Source of the DNA: Octopus vulgaris
Lineage: Eukaryota
Assembly (NCBI GenBank): GCA_951406725.2
Contig: OX597814.1
Span: 63,860,001-63,924,000 of the forward strand
Direction: 5' to 3'
Length of the DNA: 64,000 nt
Of the stretch, positions 52,158 to 64,000 are shown one piece after another. Below the pieces are notes generated by a model. The model had not been told where the DNA came from. It made no database searches and saw only the letters and a list, made by a program, of their open reading frames with translations. Each line of letters starts with the position of its first letter. The first letter of the stretch is position 1. The position numbers were made by a program, and so were the translations under genes.

Positions 52158-52875
52158 GAAGCCTTTGTATACTTCTATGCCTCTATTTTAAAGGACCTAA
52201 TATGGAAATCAACTGAAAAAGATGAATAACTAACATGAGAAGTAACCAAGCAAATAAGCAGACTGTATGATGTGATGTATGTTCGGTTTAGAAGCCAAAA
52301 TGAATTTGCAAGTTCACAGAAACTGTTACTCTCCATCGGTTCGACAATGTGTGTATGTGTGCAGATGGTTAGCGTTCGAGTTTGTGTATGTGTGTGTGTG
52401 CACGTGTGTGTGTGGATGTGTGTGTGTACAGTACAATTGGCTGTAAACAATGATTATTTAACTAATAGCCACTTTGTTCATTTTACCTGTGTTCAAGCCA
52501 GTATATTGGCAGAGATGCAACACTTCAACATGTGCATTCAAACGTCCCTTCGTTGCCGTTGTTATTCGTATTATTCTGATCGCTATTGTTGTCACTGCTG
52601 ATGTTGATGCTTTTTGTGAATTATGTTATTCGTCATGTAATTACTATTGTTGTTGTTAGTTGTCAATGATACTTTTATTAGTTATCGATATTATTGTTGA
52701 CTATGTCTTTTGTAGCATCATTGATATCGCTATCGTTGGTGTCGATACTGTCGTTTTCATTCCTGTTATTGTATCACTACTGATATCATGTTGATATTGC
52801 TGTCGTATTGGAGTTGTTGTTGTACTAGATATTGTTTAAGTTGGTGATAGCCTTGTCGATATATTTATATATATA

Positions 52876-53237
52876 GGCTCAGGAGTGGCTGTGTGGTAAG
52901 TGGCTTGCTTGCTAACCACATGATTCCGGGTTCAGTCCCACTGCGTGGCACCTTCGGCAAGTGTCTTCTGTTATAGCCTAGGACCGACCAAAGCCTTATG
53001 AGTGGCTTTGGTAGACGGAAACTGAAAGAAGCCCATCGTATATATGTGTGTGTGTATGTTTATGTCTGTGTTTGTCTCCCCCAACATCGCTTGACAACCG
53101 ATGCTGGTGTGTTTACGTCCCCGTAACTTAGCGGTTCGGCAAAGAATAGCGGACTTACAAAGAATAAGTCCTGGGGGCGATTTTCTTGACTCCAGCTTGG
53201 CCGCAGTCAAATGACTGAAACAAGTAAAAGAGTAAAA
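52876..53237 (+). mobile_element. SINE family B
   Basis: Similarity to the other copies. Confidence 0.9.
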
Positions 53238-54744
53238 AAGAGAGAGTATTTAATGTTGTTGCTATTACTGAGAGTGCATGTTGTTCTTGGTGTTATTATT
53301 GATATTGTTGTTATTGACATTCTTCGGAGTGATTTTGCTATTGCTATTGAAATTGTTGGTGTTGATATCGTTGCTGTTGGTTTTTACAGTTATTGTTGTT
53401 CTTGGTAATGATGATTGATACTTTTGTTATTGCTGTTGCGAAGCTGTGGCTGCTGTCTATATTATTGATGTGGCATGTGTTGTTCTTTCTAATGATAGTG
53501 ATGTTGTTCACAATGGTATTGTAGATATTTTATTTTGCTGTCTGCTCTTATCGATGAAAATTATGATCAAATAACTTTTGGCTGTGACCACTCCGTTACA
53601 TTTGTTTGTTTCTTTGGGTGTGGTATTTAGATCTGATTTATTTACTGTAGTCTTCCTCTCTTTAAGACATTTGTACATAATTTGTGGTAACAAAATTACT
53701 GTCTAGTGTATTAGATCCAACGACCGTCAGGAGAGGATCCAACGAATGCGCTTTATTGAGTCGAATGAACTGCTAGAAATAGCAGTCAAATCAATCTCCA
53801 GTCACAACGCTGTCTTCAAACAAAGGTTAGCTTGGATAAAGTGATTCGTGGCTCCTGAAACATGAGATTATATGGTATGTTTACTGCTAGATCACAATTT
53901 TGCATGATTAACATTAAAGCAATAGCAACAACAGCAACAGTTTGTTGATAGTCATGGCTGTGAATGGGAGATGTCAGTGATCATAATAATAATGTTAATT
54001 GTGGCGTTGGTTCCAAATCAAGTGGTGTTCACTGGATTAAGTAGATAATGTTTGCATTATTAACATCGCTGATAAGGCGGCGAGCAAACTGAAACTTTAG
54101 TATGCCGTTAAAAATACTTAACGGCATTTCGTCCGTCTTTACGTTCTGAATTAAAATTAAAGTCTACGTTGACTTTGCATTTCATCCTTTCGTTTCTCAC
54201 AGATGTTTCAAAAATTAGTTCCTTTTATGGAGAGAATGTGGCTCAATTCGATTTAAATCAACGTACTGATTGATTGCTTGAGGATGGTTACGTAATGAGG
54301 TATGAGAATTGAGGCCAATGCTCTTCTACGTCGATGTAAGAGGCCATGTGATAGCTCCGTCTGCAGGTCACGTCAAAGGATTATTCTAGTAGATATGACG
54401 TGACAGTCAGATCAATAGCTGTGAACTGTTTTCTTAGGACTGTGCTTATCGTAAAAAAACAAAAATGATGTATCTGGACTGTGTTTTAGTCTTTCGTAAT
54501 ATTCAATGTCTATTACTTTAGCGTATACTTCTTCTTTCTCTCTTATCTACTCTTTCAAGTTGTGCCTGTTTTAATTCCTGGAGATTGCAAGATTGAAAAT
54601 AACTGTACGAATTTTTCTAGCTATGTTAAAAGGTATATTTGTTTTGGGTGATATGAGGTAAATAGTAGCTAGTTTAGAGCCCGTAAATTTGCAATGTCTT
54701 AGTAATTGGAAACTGCGGGCATGTACGCGTTGTCGTCTCTAAGG

Positions 54745-54888
54745 ACTTAATAGAAAAAAATCGACCCCAGTAAGTACTTTTAAAGTCAGGTACTTACTCT
54801 ATTGCCTCAGTGCTCAGCCGCTAGGTTACGGGAATGTAAACCAGCTTATTAAACAGTGGGAGTGACAGACACAAAGACACACACACAT

Positions 54889-54963
<75 letters not shown>

Positions 54964-55100
54964 ACACGCTTCCACACAGTCTTTGTCAACCAAATTCATT
55001 TTCACAAGGCTCAAGGCAACAGTAGAGAACACTTGTTTGAGTTGCTGCACAATAGGACTAAACCCAAAACAACGTGGTTGCAAAGCGAACTTCTTAACCT
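54745..55100 (-). mobile_element. SINE family B, diverged
   Basis: Similarity to the other copies. Confidence 0.7.
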
Positions 55101-55124
55101 CAAATTTCACAATCTGTCTGTCAG

Positions 55125-55172
<48 letters not shown>

Positions 55173-55380
55173 CCTACCTATCTATCTATTTGTCGATCTA
55201 TCTATATATCTATCTATCTATCTACCTACCTACCTACCTATCTATCTATTTGTCGATCTATCTATATATCTATCTATCTACCTACCTATCTATCTATCTA
55301 TTTGTCGATCTATCTATCTATCTATCTATCTACCTATCTATCTATCTATTTGTCGATCTATCTATCTATCTATCTATTTA
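55125..55380. repeat. (TATC)n with a higher-order unit marked by TTGTCGATC (4 times)
   Basis: Direct inspection. Confidence 0.9.
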
Positions 55381-57516
55381 AGTAACCACCGTATAGCAAA
55401 CACAATGCCATTGTCGTACTCCACTATCTTTAGCATGTTCGTATTAGTAGATATTCTACTATACATACACATATGCCTCTATGTATTCTTATAGCTTACT
55501 CTTTACATGTGTGTGTGTGCATGCGTGTATGTGTGTATGTTGTATGTGTGACTGTATGAAGGACTTTATGTGTATGCCTAAATATGCAGTCAGAACTATG
55601 TTCAGTAAAAACAACAGACCGTATTGATCGAGTAGTATATGTCTTTTGTTAATGTTCATCACGTCTCGGAGATGATAAATCTGTTGACCAATCTAGTATG
55701 TAAATAAAACTTGTTTAAAGTTGTCACATATAGCATTAGTATTCTAATTTCCTTGTGATATTATACACTTACCTCGTCCTTAAAATTCGTATTGTCTAGT
55801 TTTTATAATTCATAATCCAATGGATGACTGTTATACTTTGCTCTTTCGCTTAACACCTTATTAAAAGTTAGTAATGAAATCTTTTTAAAAGGGTTTCATG
55901 CCATCTCATCTAGTGGTTATATGTTTGCATGACGCCTATGTTGCAAAAGTTTCTATCATTTTGAGAATATTGATTACTTTTATAGACTGAAAATGTCAAA
56001 TGTAGAGGAGAAAGCCATTCAATGCGCAGTTGTTCTTTACTGATATATACATTTCATCTACTTCGGGAAAAAGAAAAGAAAAAGAAAAAAGAAACGTAAT
56101 CCAAAACCGATTGGATTTGATCACATAACGTTAAGAGCTGTAAATCAATAATGAAAGTCATTATATAATATCGGATGTTCAACGGACTTCGCTGATCATC
56201 TGCCATTGACAATCACTGTATCGATGTTGTGATGTTGTTGTTAGTCTAAAAACAATCCATTTTATGGCTAACTTTAAGTAAAGACAATCAGGTTAACTTT
56301 AAATAAAGACAAACAAACTATTGTCATATTGAGAGACTAAGGAAAGATATGAGGAAAAAAACTTCCTATAACAGTGTTTATATTCTAAGAACATCAAACT
56401 AGAGATGAGACAATTGCAATTTAGAAAATAAAGATGATGCAGATGGAAGTGGCTACTAAAACAGATTCTACTCAGTTAGGTATATGTAATTTGTATAATT
56501 CATTATATTATACATATGAGAGCCCACTTGATGCGCATTTAGAATTCAGAAAGCCTCTGTGAGGTATTTTCCTTCAACCGTATTGCTGATAATTATAAGC
56601 AGCGTAACTCCATTCTTTTTTATTTCTACAGATACTGATCATTCAAAGTCTTGCCAACTCAGTAGAATATGCTTCACTAAAGAGGTTGAATAAGACCGAA
56701 ATTTATCCACTGCTATTTTTGTGTAGGAAGGAATTCAAAATCTAAGAAGGCTGAGAATGATTTGAGAAAGATCAGGGCGAGGGAAAGAGAGAGAGGAACG
56801 GAGTAAATTAAGAAAAAATGTAATGGGGATTAACAGAAGCATTACGGAAAGTCTAGCTAAAGATTTGAACGAGGAGTAATGTTTTATTGCTACCATCTTG
56901 CATACTGCGATGCACGAGTACACAATAATATTAAAATTCAGATGAAAAGAAAAATTATAAATATAATAAGTATACCGGTAAAATCCTCGTTGCACGTTGA
57001 GAAGCCTCCGAATGTGCTTGCAGGAGCCATTTCGCATAGGGTGATCTCCTCAAAATATAGAGCCGACAGAAAGCTTCATTGTAAAGCAAATGCGGTTAAG
57101 ATAGGTAAGAAAGAGCATGTAACCTTTGCTCTTAGCCAACTAAATCATATATATATATAGGGGGGTATGTATATATATATATGCTGGGGCGGGGTATGCA
57201 TATTTGCAGGCTTTGCGACAAAATTTGAAGCTAATATTTATCAGAAGCAACAGAGTAACATAAGGCTCAAGAGATTCGTGCGTTCGAACTTATGAAACAT
57301 CACCAAACCTATCACGTGCCTTGTGACCATTTTCATCTCTCTCTTCCTTTTTCGCTTCAACTCGATTAATCGCGCTTCTCTCGTCTCTTTCTCCGCCCGC
57401 TTTCTACACGGCTGTTTTTTTTTTTTTTTGTTTTTTTTTTCACTCTTCGTTCTGGTTTTCCGTATGTCCGTTTCTCGTTTCCAGTCCTATAAGACATTTT
57501 CTGGCATATCTGCTTC

Positions 57517-58611
57517 GCCGAATTTGGATGATCATAACTTTCAGAAAAATGGATATTTTTTTTTGAAATCTTCTACGAATATGTGTTATATCATGTATAT
57601 TTCGAATATGAAGAATTTGGGGGGAGTGTTTTAGGGGTGGGTGGGGGATGTCGGAAAATTCATCGGAGTCAACTCCAATTCGTTTTAATTTTCAAGAAAA
57701 TGGATATTTTTTAATGAAATTCTCTACAAATATAACTCGGACTATATAGATTCCGAGGACATAGGAATTTGGGGGTGGGGGGAACAATTGGGGGTTATTT
57801 TTGAGAACTGTTCCCCACTCGGGGGTGTTTCGGAACAAGTCGTCCATATTTGTTTCATAATCTCCTTTTTGTGCGTTTGTGCATCCGTAGATTTCTACTA
57901 CACACACACACACGTAATTAAAAAAGTTCAGACGGGGAATTATTCCCTTCAGTATCATGTTTATTATAAAGATTTTGTAACAAATTATACTTTATACTTC
58001 TATATTTAACTGTGCGTGTATATTCCTTGTTTTTGCTTCTGGTGTCTTCTGGCTTTCTATTAGAAACTTTTACCTGGGAATTTACTTAAAGTGAAAAAAA
58101 AATTGTATGTAATACAAGTCGTCTTAATAACATATTTCTGTGTACCAGACATTTAGCTGCTATTTTTAGCATAAGGAGTTTTCTGGTGAGGTCTTCATTT
58201 GCCTTCATTGCCTGTTTATTGCTTCAGTAGAAATCTACGGATGTGCAAATGCACAAAACGGAGAAAATGAAACAATTATGAACGACTTGTTCCGAAACAT
58301 CCCCGAGTAGGGAACAGTTTTCAAAATTAACCCCCAATTGTTTCCCCACCTAAATTTGTATGTCATTGGAATCTACATAGTGCGAGGTATATTTATAGAA
58401 GATTTCATTCAAAAATATCCATTTTCTTGAAAGTTAAGACGAATTGAAGTGGACCCCGGTGAATTTTCCGAAATTCCACAACCATCCCCCACCTAAAATG
58501 CTTTCCCCAAAAAATCTTGTATATTCGGAATCTACATGATATAAAAAATATTTGTTGAAAATTTCACTAAAAATATCCATTTTTCTGAAAGTTATGATCA
58601 TCCAAAATCGG
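57517..58611. repeat. Inverted pair of about 380-bp diverged repeats (57517-57899 and 58227-58611)
   Basis: GATGATCATAACTTTCAGAAAAATGGATATTTT...CATCCGTAGATTTCTAC and its reverse complement. Confidence 0.9.
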
Positions 58612-58914
58612 GGGTGGGGTGCAGAAATCTGTAGTTATGCCCATATTCCTTTTCCTTATACGTTACCTTATGTTCGTCTAGTCTTAGAGCTGCACAGCTT
58701 TCTTTTATCGTATAACGCATAATTGTTTTCTTTGCATATCCATGATTTGTCCAGTTTGCTTTCCTCATTGTGCAGTACATTCGTTCGCTATTCCCAGCGG
58801 CCTCTCGCCGTTGACGCAACCGAAGAAATTAACAATATTATCGTTAAAAGTGTGAAATTGTTATGATCTTTGTGACGGTGACTAACGAGAAATAAGCAAC
58901 GTCTTATGTATGAA

Positions 58915-60010
58915 TGATTGTTAACGTCAAGTCCATTTATAAGTGCTTGGAATTCTTTAAGTCTCTCTATACTTTCTTGCCAAATAATGAAACAATCATT
59001 CAGGTTGCACTTCCAGTTATTCTATATGTAGTGAGAGAATGGGTTGATGTATATTTCTAGTACCTTACGACAAAGAATGATTTCTAGTATCCCATATCTA
59101 GAAATCAGGAGGGGGCCATTTTCGTACCCATCGCAGTCCCCAACTTTTGTCGATTGAAGTTGTATTTGAAGATAAAGAAAGTAGTTATTGTCCAAGACGA
59201 ATATTAGCCCTTCTATTACGAATTCTGTTTTGATACGATATGGGAGTTCATTGGAGTAATTCTCTATCCAGAATTGAATTGCCTCTATTCCTAGGCTGTG
59301 GGGGATATTAGAATAGAGGTTGACTACATCGAAGGATACTAGTAGGGTGTTTTTGTTTATTATTTTAGGGAGGCGATTGAGCATTTCAAGATCGTCCCTT
59401 ATGTAGCTTTTGATATGCTTGAGGAATAGTTTTAAGAGGGTATCTAAAAAGTTACTGGGGTGGTGGGTTCCGCTTGCGGGACCTTGATTATTATATCTGT
59501 GTCTACCCTTCATGCCTTACTCATTTTCTCACTTGTGTGTTTCTTAGGAATATCGTAAAATTGAATGGATTTACTTTTGAAATTGGTCATATAATCGTTT
59601 TCTTTGTCGGTGAGCCCTTCTCTGTATAGGTTTAACATAGAATTTAGGTTTCTCATTATTTTCTGCTGACTGTAGTGTTGGACCATTTCATCATATGTTG
59701 TGTCTTCTAATATGGATAGTACTAGAGTTATGTAGTATACCGTGTCCATTCAACCTAGCAAAAAGGATTTGTACTATAGTATCTAATACAAGCACTAGAA
59801 ACACACGGCTATATGAACTCATCAGGAACTACACACCATCAATAATTGATATATGTTTTCAACGTTCCCTACAATTCAACATCCACGAACTCAGACATCC
59901 CAAATTAAAGAAGGATTTACAACCAAAAGCCCTACTATACATCTCCACACACAACCCTCTTAACAATGAAGCCTTCGACACCATCCTCCAAAACATTCCT
60001 AAAATGCTCT
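58915..60010. mobile_element. Rearranged PLE (Neptune-like): RT on minus 58915-59745, post-RT segment on plus 59745-60010
   Basis: SYIRDD..LVSFDVVNLYSNIPH..LDNNYF on the minus strand; PFNLAKRICTIVS..YISTHNP on the plus strand. Confidence 0.85.
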
Positions 60011-60013
60011 TCA

Positions 60014-60080
<67 letters not shown>

Positions 60081-60398
60081 CATGTGTGCGTGTGTCTCTT
60101 TACTCTTTACTTGTTTCGGCCATTTTTGACTGTGGCCATGCTGGAGCACCTAGGATATAACAAGTATTCCAGGTTATCAGGAAGTTTACTAATTTATACT
60201 TTACTAATAAAATGTAAAAAGTATATCTTATAATATTATTATTAAAAATTTGGGATATTTAAGCAGATCCTAGTACAGGATATCGTCATGTTTTGGTATA
60301 CGCAGAGAAAATTAAATCAAATAAAATAATTAAAATAACATAAAATAAAATTAGTTAAATAAATATATCTTACCTGTTATTAATCTGTGTCGAAAGAA

Positions 60399-60482
60399 GG
60401 TAGTACACGTATTTCTGCGCAGGAGAGGTGTGTATTAAGGCTATACTTAATACATAAATGCACCAGTGCGTCCTCAGGCTGC
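60399..60482 (-). ncRNA. Hammerhead-like motif 3' of the 61-63 kb PLE
   Basis: Minus strand reads CTGAGGA-CGCA..TGTATTAAG/CTTAATACA..TGCG-ca-GAAA-TACGTG-TA. Near-palindromic stem III; weak stem I. Confidence 0.5.
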
Positions 60483-60485
60483 GTA

Positions 60486-60524
<39 letters not shown>

Positions 60525-61094
60525 CGAGTAAAAGTTAAAAATTATATTGAAAATAAAAATTATAATAAAAATAAAAATTACAAATATATTTTAAAATATT
60601 AAATACCTAAAGTACAATTAAGATATATATTGAAAATGCTCTACCTAAAGAAATTTTAACGATTGAATTAGAAACATATCAAATCTTATAATACATCTAA
60701 ATAAATATTAAAGAACTTATATTACTTGTAATAATTTAGTGTAAAATATACCCCTAGCAATACTAGTATAATAAAACATACTTTATATCAAATGTGAGTT
60801 AAAAGTCTAGAATAAAGAAAAAGAAGAAGGAGGAGGAGGAGGGAGAGAAGGAGAAGAAGAGGGAGTAGGAAAAGAAGAGAAAAATAAGAAAAATATGGGA
60901 GGGGTATGACAATAGTAGGATGTTGGTGGAATCCTCTTAAATGGTCAGGTGACCTAAAAGTGACCTGTTGTGGTTGTAATAGTACCAACTGGAATTGTTC
61001 TGAATAAATTCATGGTAGGTGACTGCTTTGAATATATCGTTTTTAATATTTGCGTGGGTATTATTCTAAGGTCCTTATAATAGTGACATTTGTA

Positions 61095-62995
61095 GTGGAT
61101 GCATTCAAAACTAGTTTATATTTTGTAATAAATTACGACTCTTTACTGATGCGCTGATTATAGGTTGCATCGTTCGTAAATTTATAGAGGGGGAAATTCT
61201 GAAACTGGGTTGGGATCTAGTTTTTTCATTCGAAAAATATGCATTTTTTAAAAGTTAAAAATCTGAAAATCGGCTATGATAATACATTATTATAGTCGAT
61301 TTTCAGTATCATTGCTTTAAAGGTATGATGTTGTGGAGAAAAAAATAATTGGAGAAAAAGTTACAGAGGTTTAAAAATCCCAAAAAACTGTAAGGCAGAA
61401 ATTTTCTGCGTTTAACGGAGCGGTGTCAACTTTAAGATTGTACCCTGTGAAATTTATAGTTAAGCGTGTGACCTGTCCATTGTAGGTTTCTAAATGCCTA
61501 ATAAAATCAACATGTATCATCTTACTGTTTCTTTTGTCTCCTCATTGATTGTATTTTTTATCATGTTTTAAAATTTGTCATATTAATATTAATATATTTG
61601 TCTGCATGTATTTACTTTATGCGTATTTCAGTATTATAGATACCTGTCATGTATTTGTGTACATCATTAATATATAAGTGCATACGTGTGTATGTAAAAC
61701 GTTGACCTTGTTGGAAAAAGAACTCCGATCCCTCAATTAGGTTGACGCATATACCACAGTTGCGCCGTTTTTTTGTTTTTTTTTTTTGCTGGCTAGTGTT
61801 CGGAGAATTTTCATGTCCTTTGCCCTTTATGATGGTGTGCGCTTGTAGGATTAAATTCATTCTGTGGTCCCTTTTTAGTAGTGCAATGTTTTGCAGGATG
61901 GCGTCGAGTGCTTCATTGTTGTGTGTGGATATGTATGGTAGGGCTCTCGGTTGTAAATCCTTCTTTAATTTGGGATGTTTGAGTTCGTGGATGTTGAGTA
62001 GTTGTAGGGCACGTTGAAAGCCTACATCAATTAGTTCCTGGTAATGAGTTTATCCTTTAGTTCATGAAGTCGTGTGTACCTGGTGTCTGTATTAGAAACT
62101 ATAGTACAAATCTTTTTGCTAGGTTGAAAGGGATATTCATTCTAGTTTGTCTGGAGTAGCATGTGCTGAACGGTAGACATTGCTTGGAGTCCGTGGGCTT
62201 ATAGTATATATCACTTTCTATTTTGTTGTTGGATTTCTTCATGAGGATGTCGAGGAATGGATGTTGTTGATTGCTATATTCCATCATAAATTGAATGTTT
62301 ACGTCGAGTCCATTTATAAGTGCTTGAAATTCTTTAAGTCTTTCTATACTTTCATGCCAAAGAATGAAACAGTCATCCAGGTACCTCTTCCAGTTATTTT
62401 ATATGTAGAGGGAGAATGGGTTGACGTATATTTCTAGTACCTTACGATAAAGATTTCCCACGGCTAGTTTAGCAAACGAGGGGGCCATTCTCGTACCCAT
62501 CGCAGTCCCCGACTTTGATCGATAGAATTTGTATTTGAAGAAAAGAAAGTAGTTATTGCTCTTCTATTACGAATTCTGTTTCCATGCGATATGGGAGTTC
62601 ATTGGAGTAATTCTCTAACCAGACTGTGAGGGAATATTAAAATATAGGTTGACTATATCGAATGTTACTAGTAGGGTATATTTGTTTATTGTTTTAGGAG
62701 GGTGATTGAGCATATCTAGGTCATCCCATATGTAGCTTTTGATATGCTTGAGGAATGACTTTAAGGGGGTATCTAAAAAGTTATTGAGTCTATGGGTTTC
62801 GCATGTTATTATAGGTCTTAATTTGAGGTCATTTGGAGTAGGGACCTTGTTTATTATGTCTGTGGCTATCCTGCATGCGTTTCTTATTTTTTGTGTATCT
62901 TAGGAAGGAATACCGCGGAATTCACTGGATTTACTTTTGAAGCTAATCATATAATCGTATTCCTTGTCGGTGAGCCCTTCTCTGTATAGGCTTAA
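61095..62995 (-). mobile_element. Decayed PLE (Neptune-like) RT plus GIY-YIG region, interrupted by insertions at about 61240-61455 and 61510-61695
   Basis: RYLDDCFILW, MEYS..PFLDIL, YYKPTDSKQ, IPFNLAKR, CGIC and F..KYK..LN. Close paralog of 58.9-60.0 kb. Confidence 0.85.
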
Positions 62996-63075
62996 CAATC
63001 AAAACCAAGAACTCATACAAAATATTCTTTTAGGACTGCTACTACCTACTACCTGCTGCCAAGCCTTCACAAGAG

Positions 63076-63124
<49 letters not shown>

Positions 63125-63615
63125 GAGAGATAGAAACAGAGAGATAGAAACAGAGAGACAGAAAAAATGAAAATGTCCCTTGTTTTTGAAAACTATGGAA
63201 ATATTTTTTAAAAACATTTAATTTAATTGTCTTTCATGCTTTACTCTAAGTTGAAAAAGTCGCAAAGACTGAAACCAGTACTAAAATGTTCTTCATGATA
63301 AAATTATTGTAGCATTTTCTACCTTGTATTATTTTCGTTTTATATATATATATCAGGTTGAGTAAAACGTAAGCAACGATTTGAACTATGAAGAATTTGT
63401 ATCATATTTTTTGCAGAGTTTTGAAAATTTTTAAAACATTTTTTTGACAGTTGTTTGATAATACATACATAGACTTGCCCAAATGCATCAATAAATTAAC
63501 ATTGACATTTTCTCATAGTTGTTGCAATCATCATTTTGCTGATTGTTTGACTTTGTTATATTGTTTGCTTTTGTTGTGTTTTCTCCACCAGAGGTGGCGA
63601 AAATTACAGTGAGCA

Positions 63616-64000
63616 TGGAGGAAGTGCGTGCCGGGATGTACGCTTCCGTATTATAATATTGTTACGACTGTAAAACACCTTAAAGTCAGAGAGGTGCCTG
63701 TGGACTTCTTCGAGACAGTGAAGAACAGTAGAGAATTGTTACAAAGAGAAGGGTCCAAATTAAAATTCATACCGCCAGAAGAAGCAACAAGAGACAAGAA
63801 TGAGAAAACAGTTGTCTACAGAACCCTCTCATTAGCAACCAAGAAAATTGAGATAGCGAAAGAGGAAGAGTTGGAAAAATGCTTAAAAGAAATAAGTAAT
63901 ATAGAATTTTGCTGTAGAGGAAGCAAGTTTGGCACAGTGGAGGTGCACTTCCTGACTGTGGAGGAGGCAGCAAGACACTCCACTGTAGCCTTGAAATCGG
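63616..64000 (+). mobile_element. Possible ORF1 start of an L1/Tx1-like retroelement (runs off the window)
   Basis: Stop-free frame of about 128 codons (KHLKVREVPVDFF...GTVEVHFLTVEEAARH). An upstream ATG in another frame gives MYASVL. Family assignment is tentative. Confidence 0.4.

Overview
AT-rich, microsatellite-saturated animal genomic DNA. The repeat landscape resembles a cephalopod (Octopus-type) genome; this is an inference, not a database result. No confident host protein-coding gene was found, and most ORFs in the track are translated microsatellites. The window holds: decayed Penelope-like retroelements (PLEs) of two types; two CR1/L2-group LINE copies, one young with a 555-aa RT ORF; an R4/Dong-like fragment in (TAA)n; a decayed mariner; a Tc1-derived fold-back MITE; many copies of two tRNA-derived SINE families; and a possible Pol II promoter with non-coding exons near 30.8-31.2 kb. 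The main signal is about 11 hammerhead ribozyme (HHR)-like motifs found by hand, either at PLE 3' ends or in short non-coding elements lodged in (TA)n tracts. Three of them (43.3 kb, 42.1 kb and a truncated copy at 5.0 kb) have a non-circularly permuted, pseudoknotted strand order supported by stem covariation. All structures are manual predictions and untested. Repeat boundaries are approximate.
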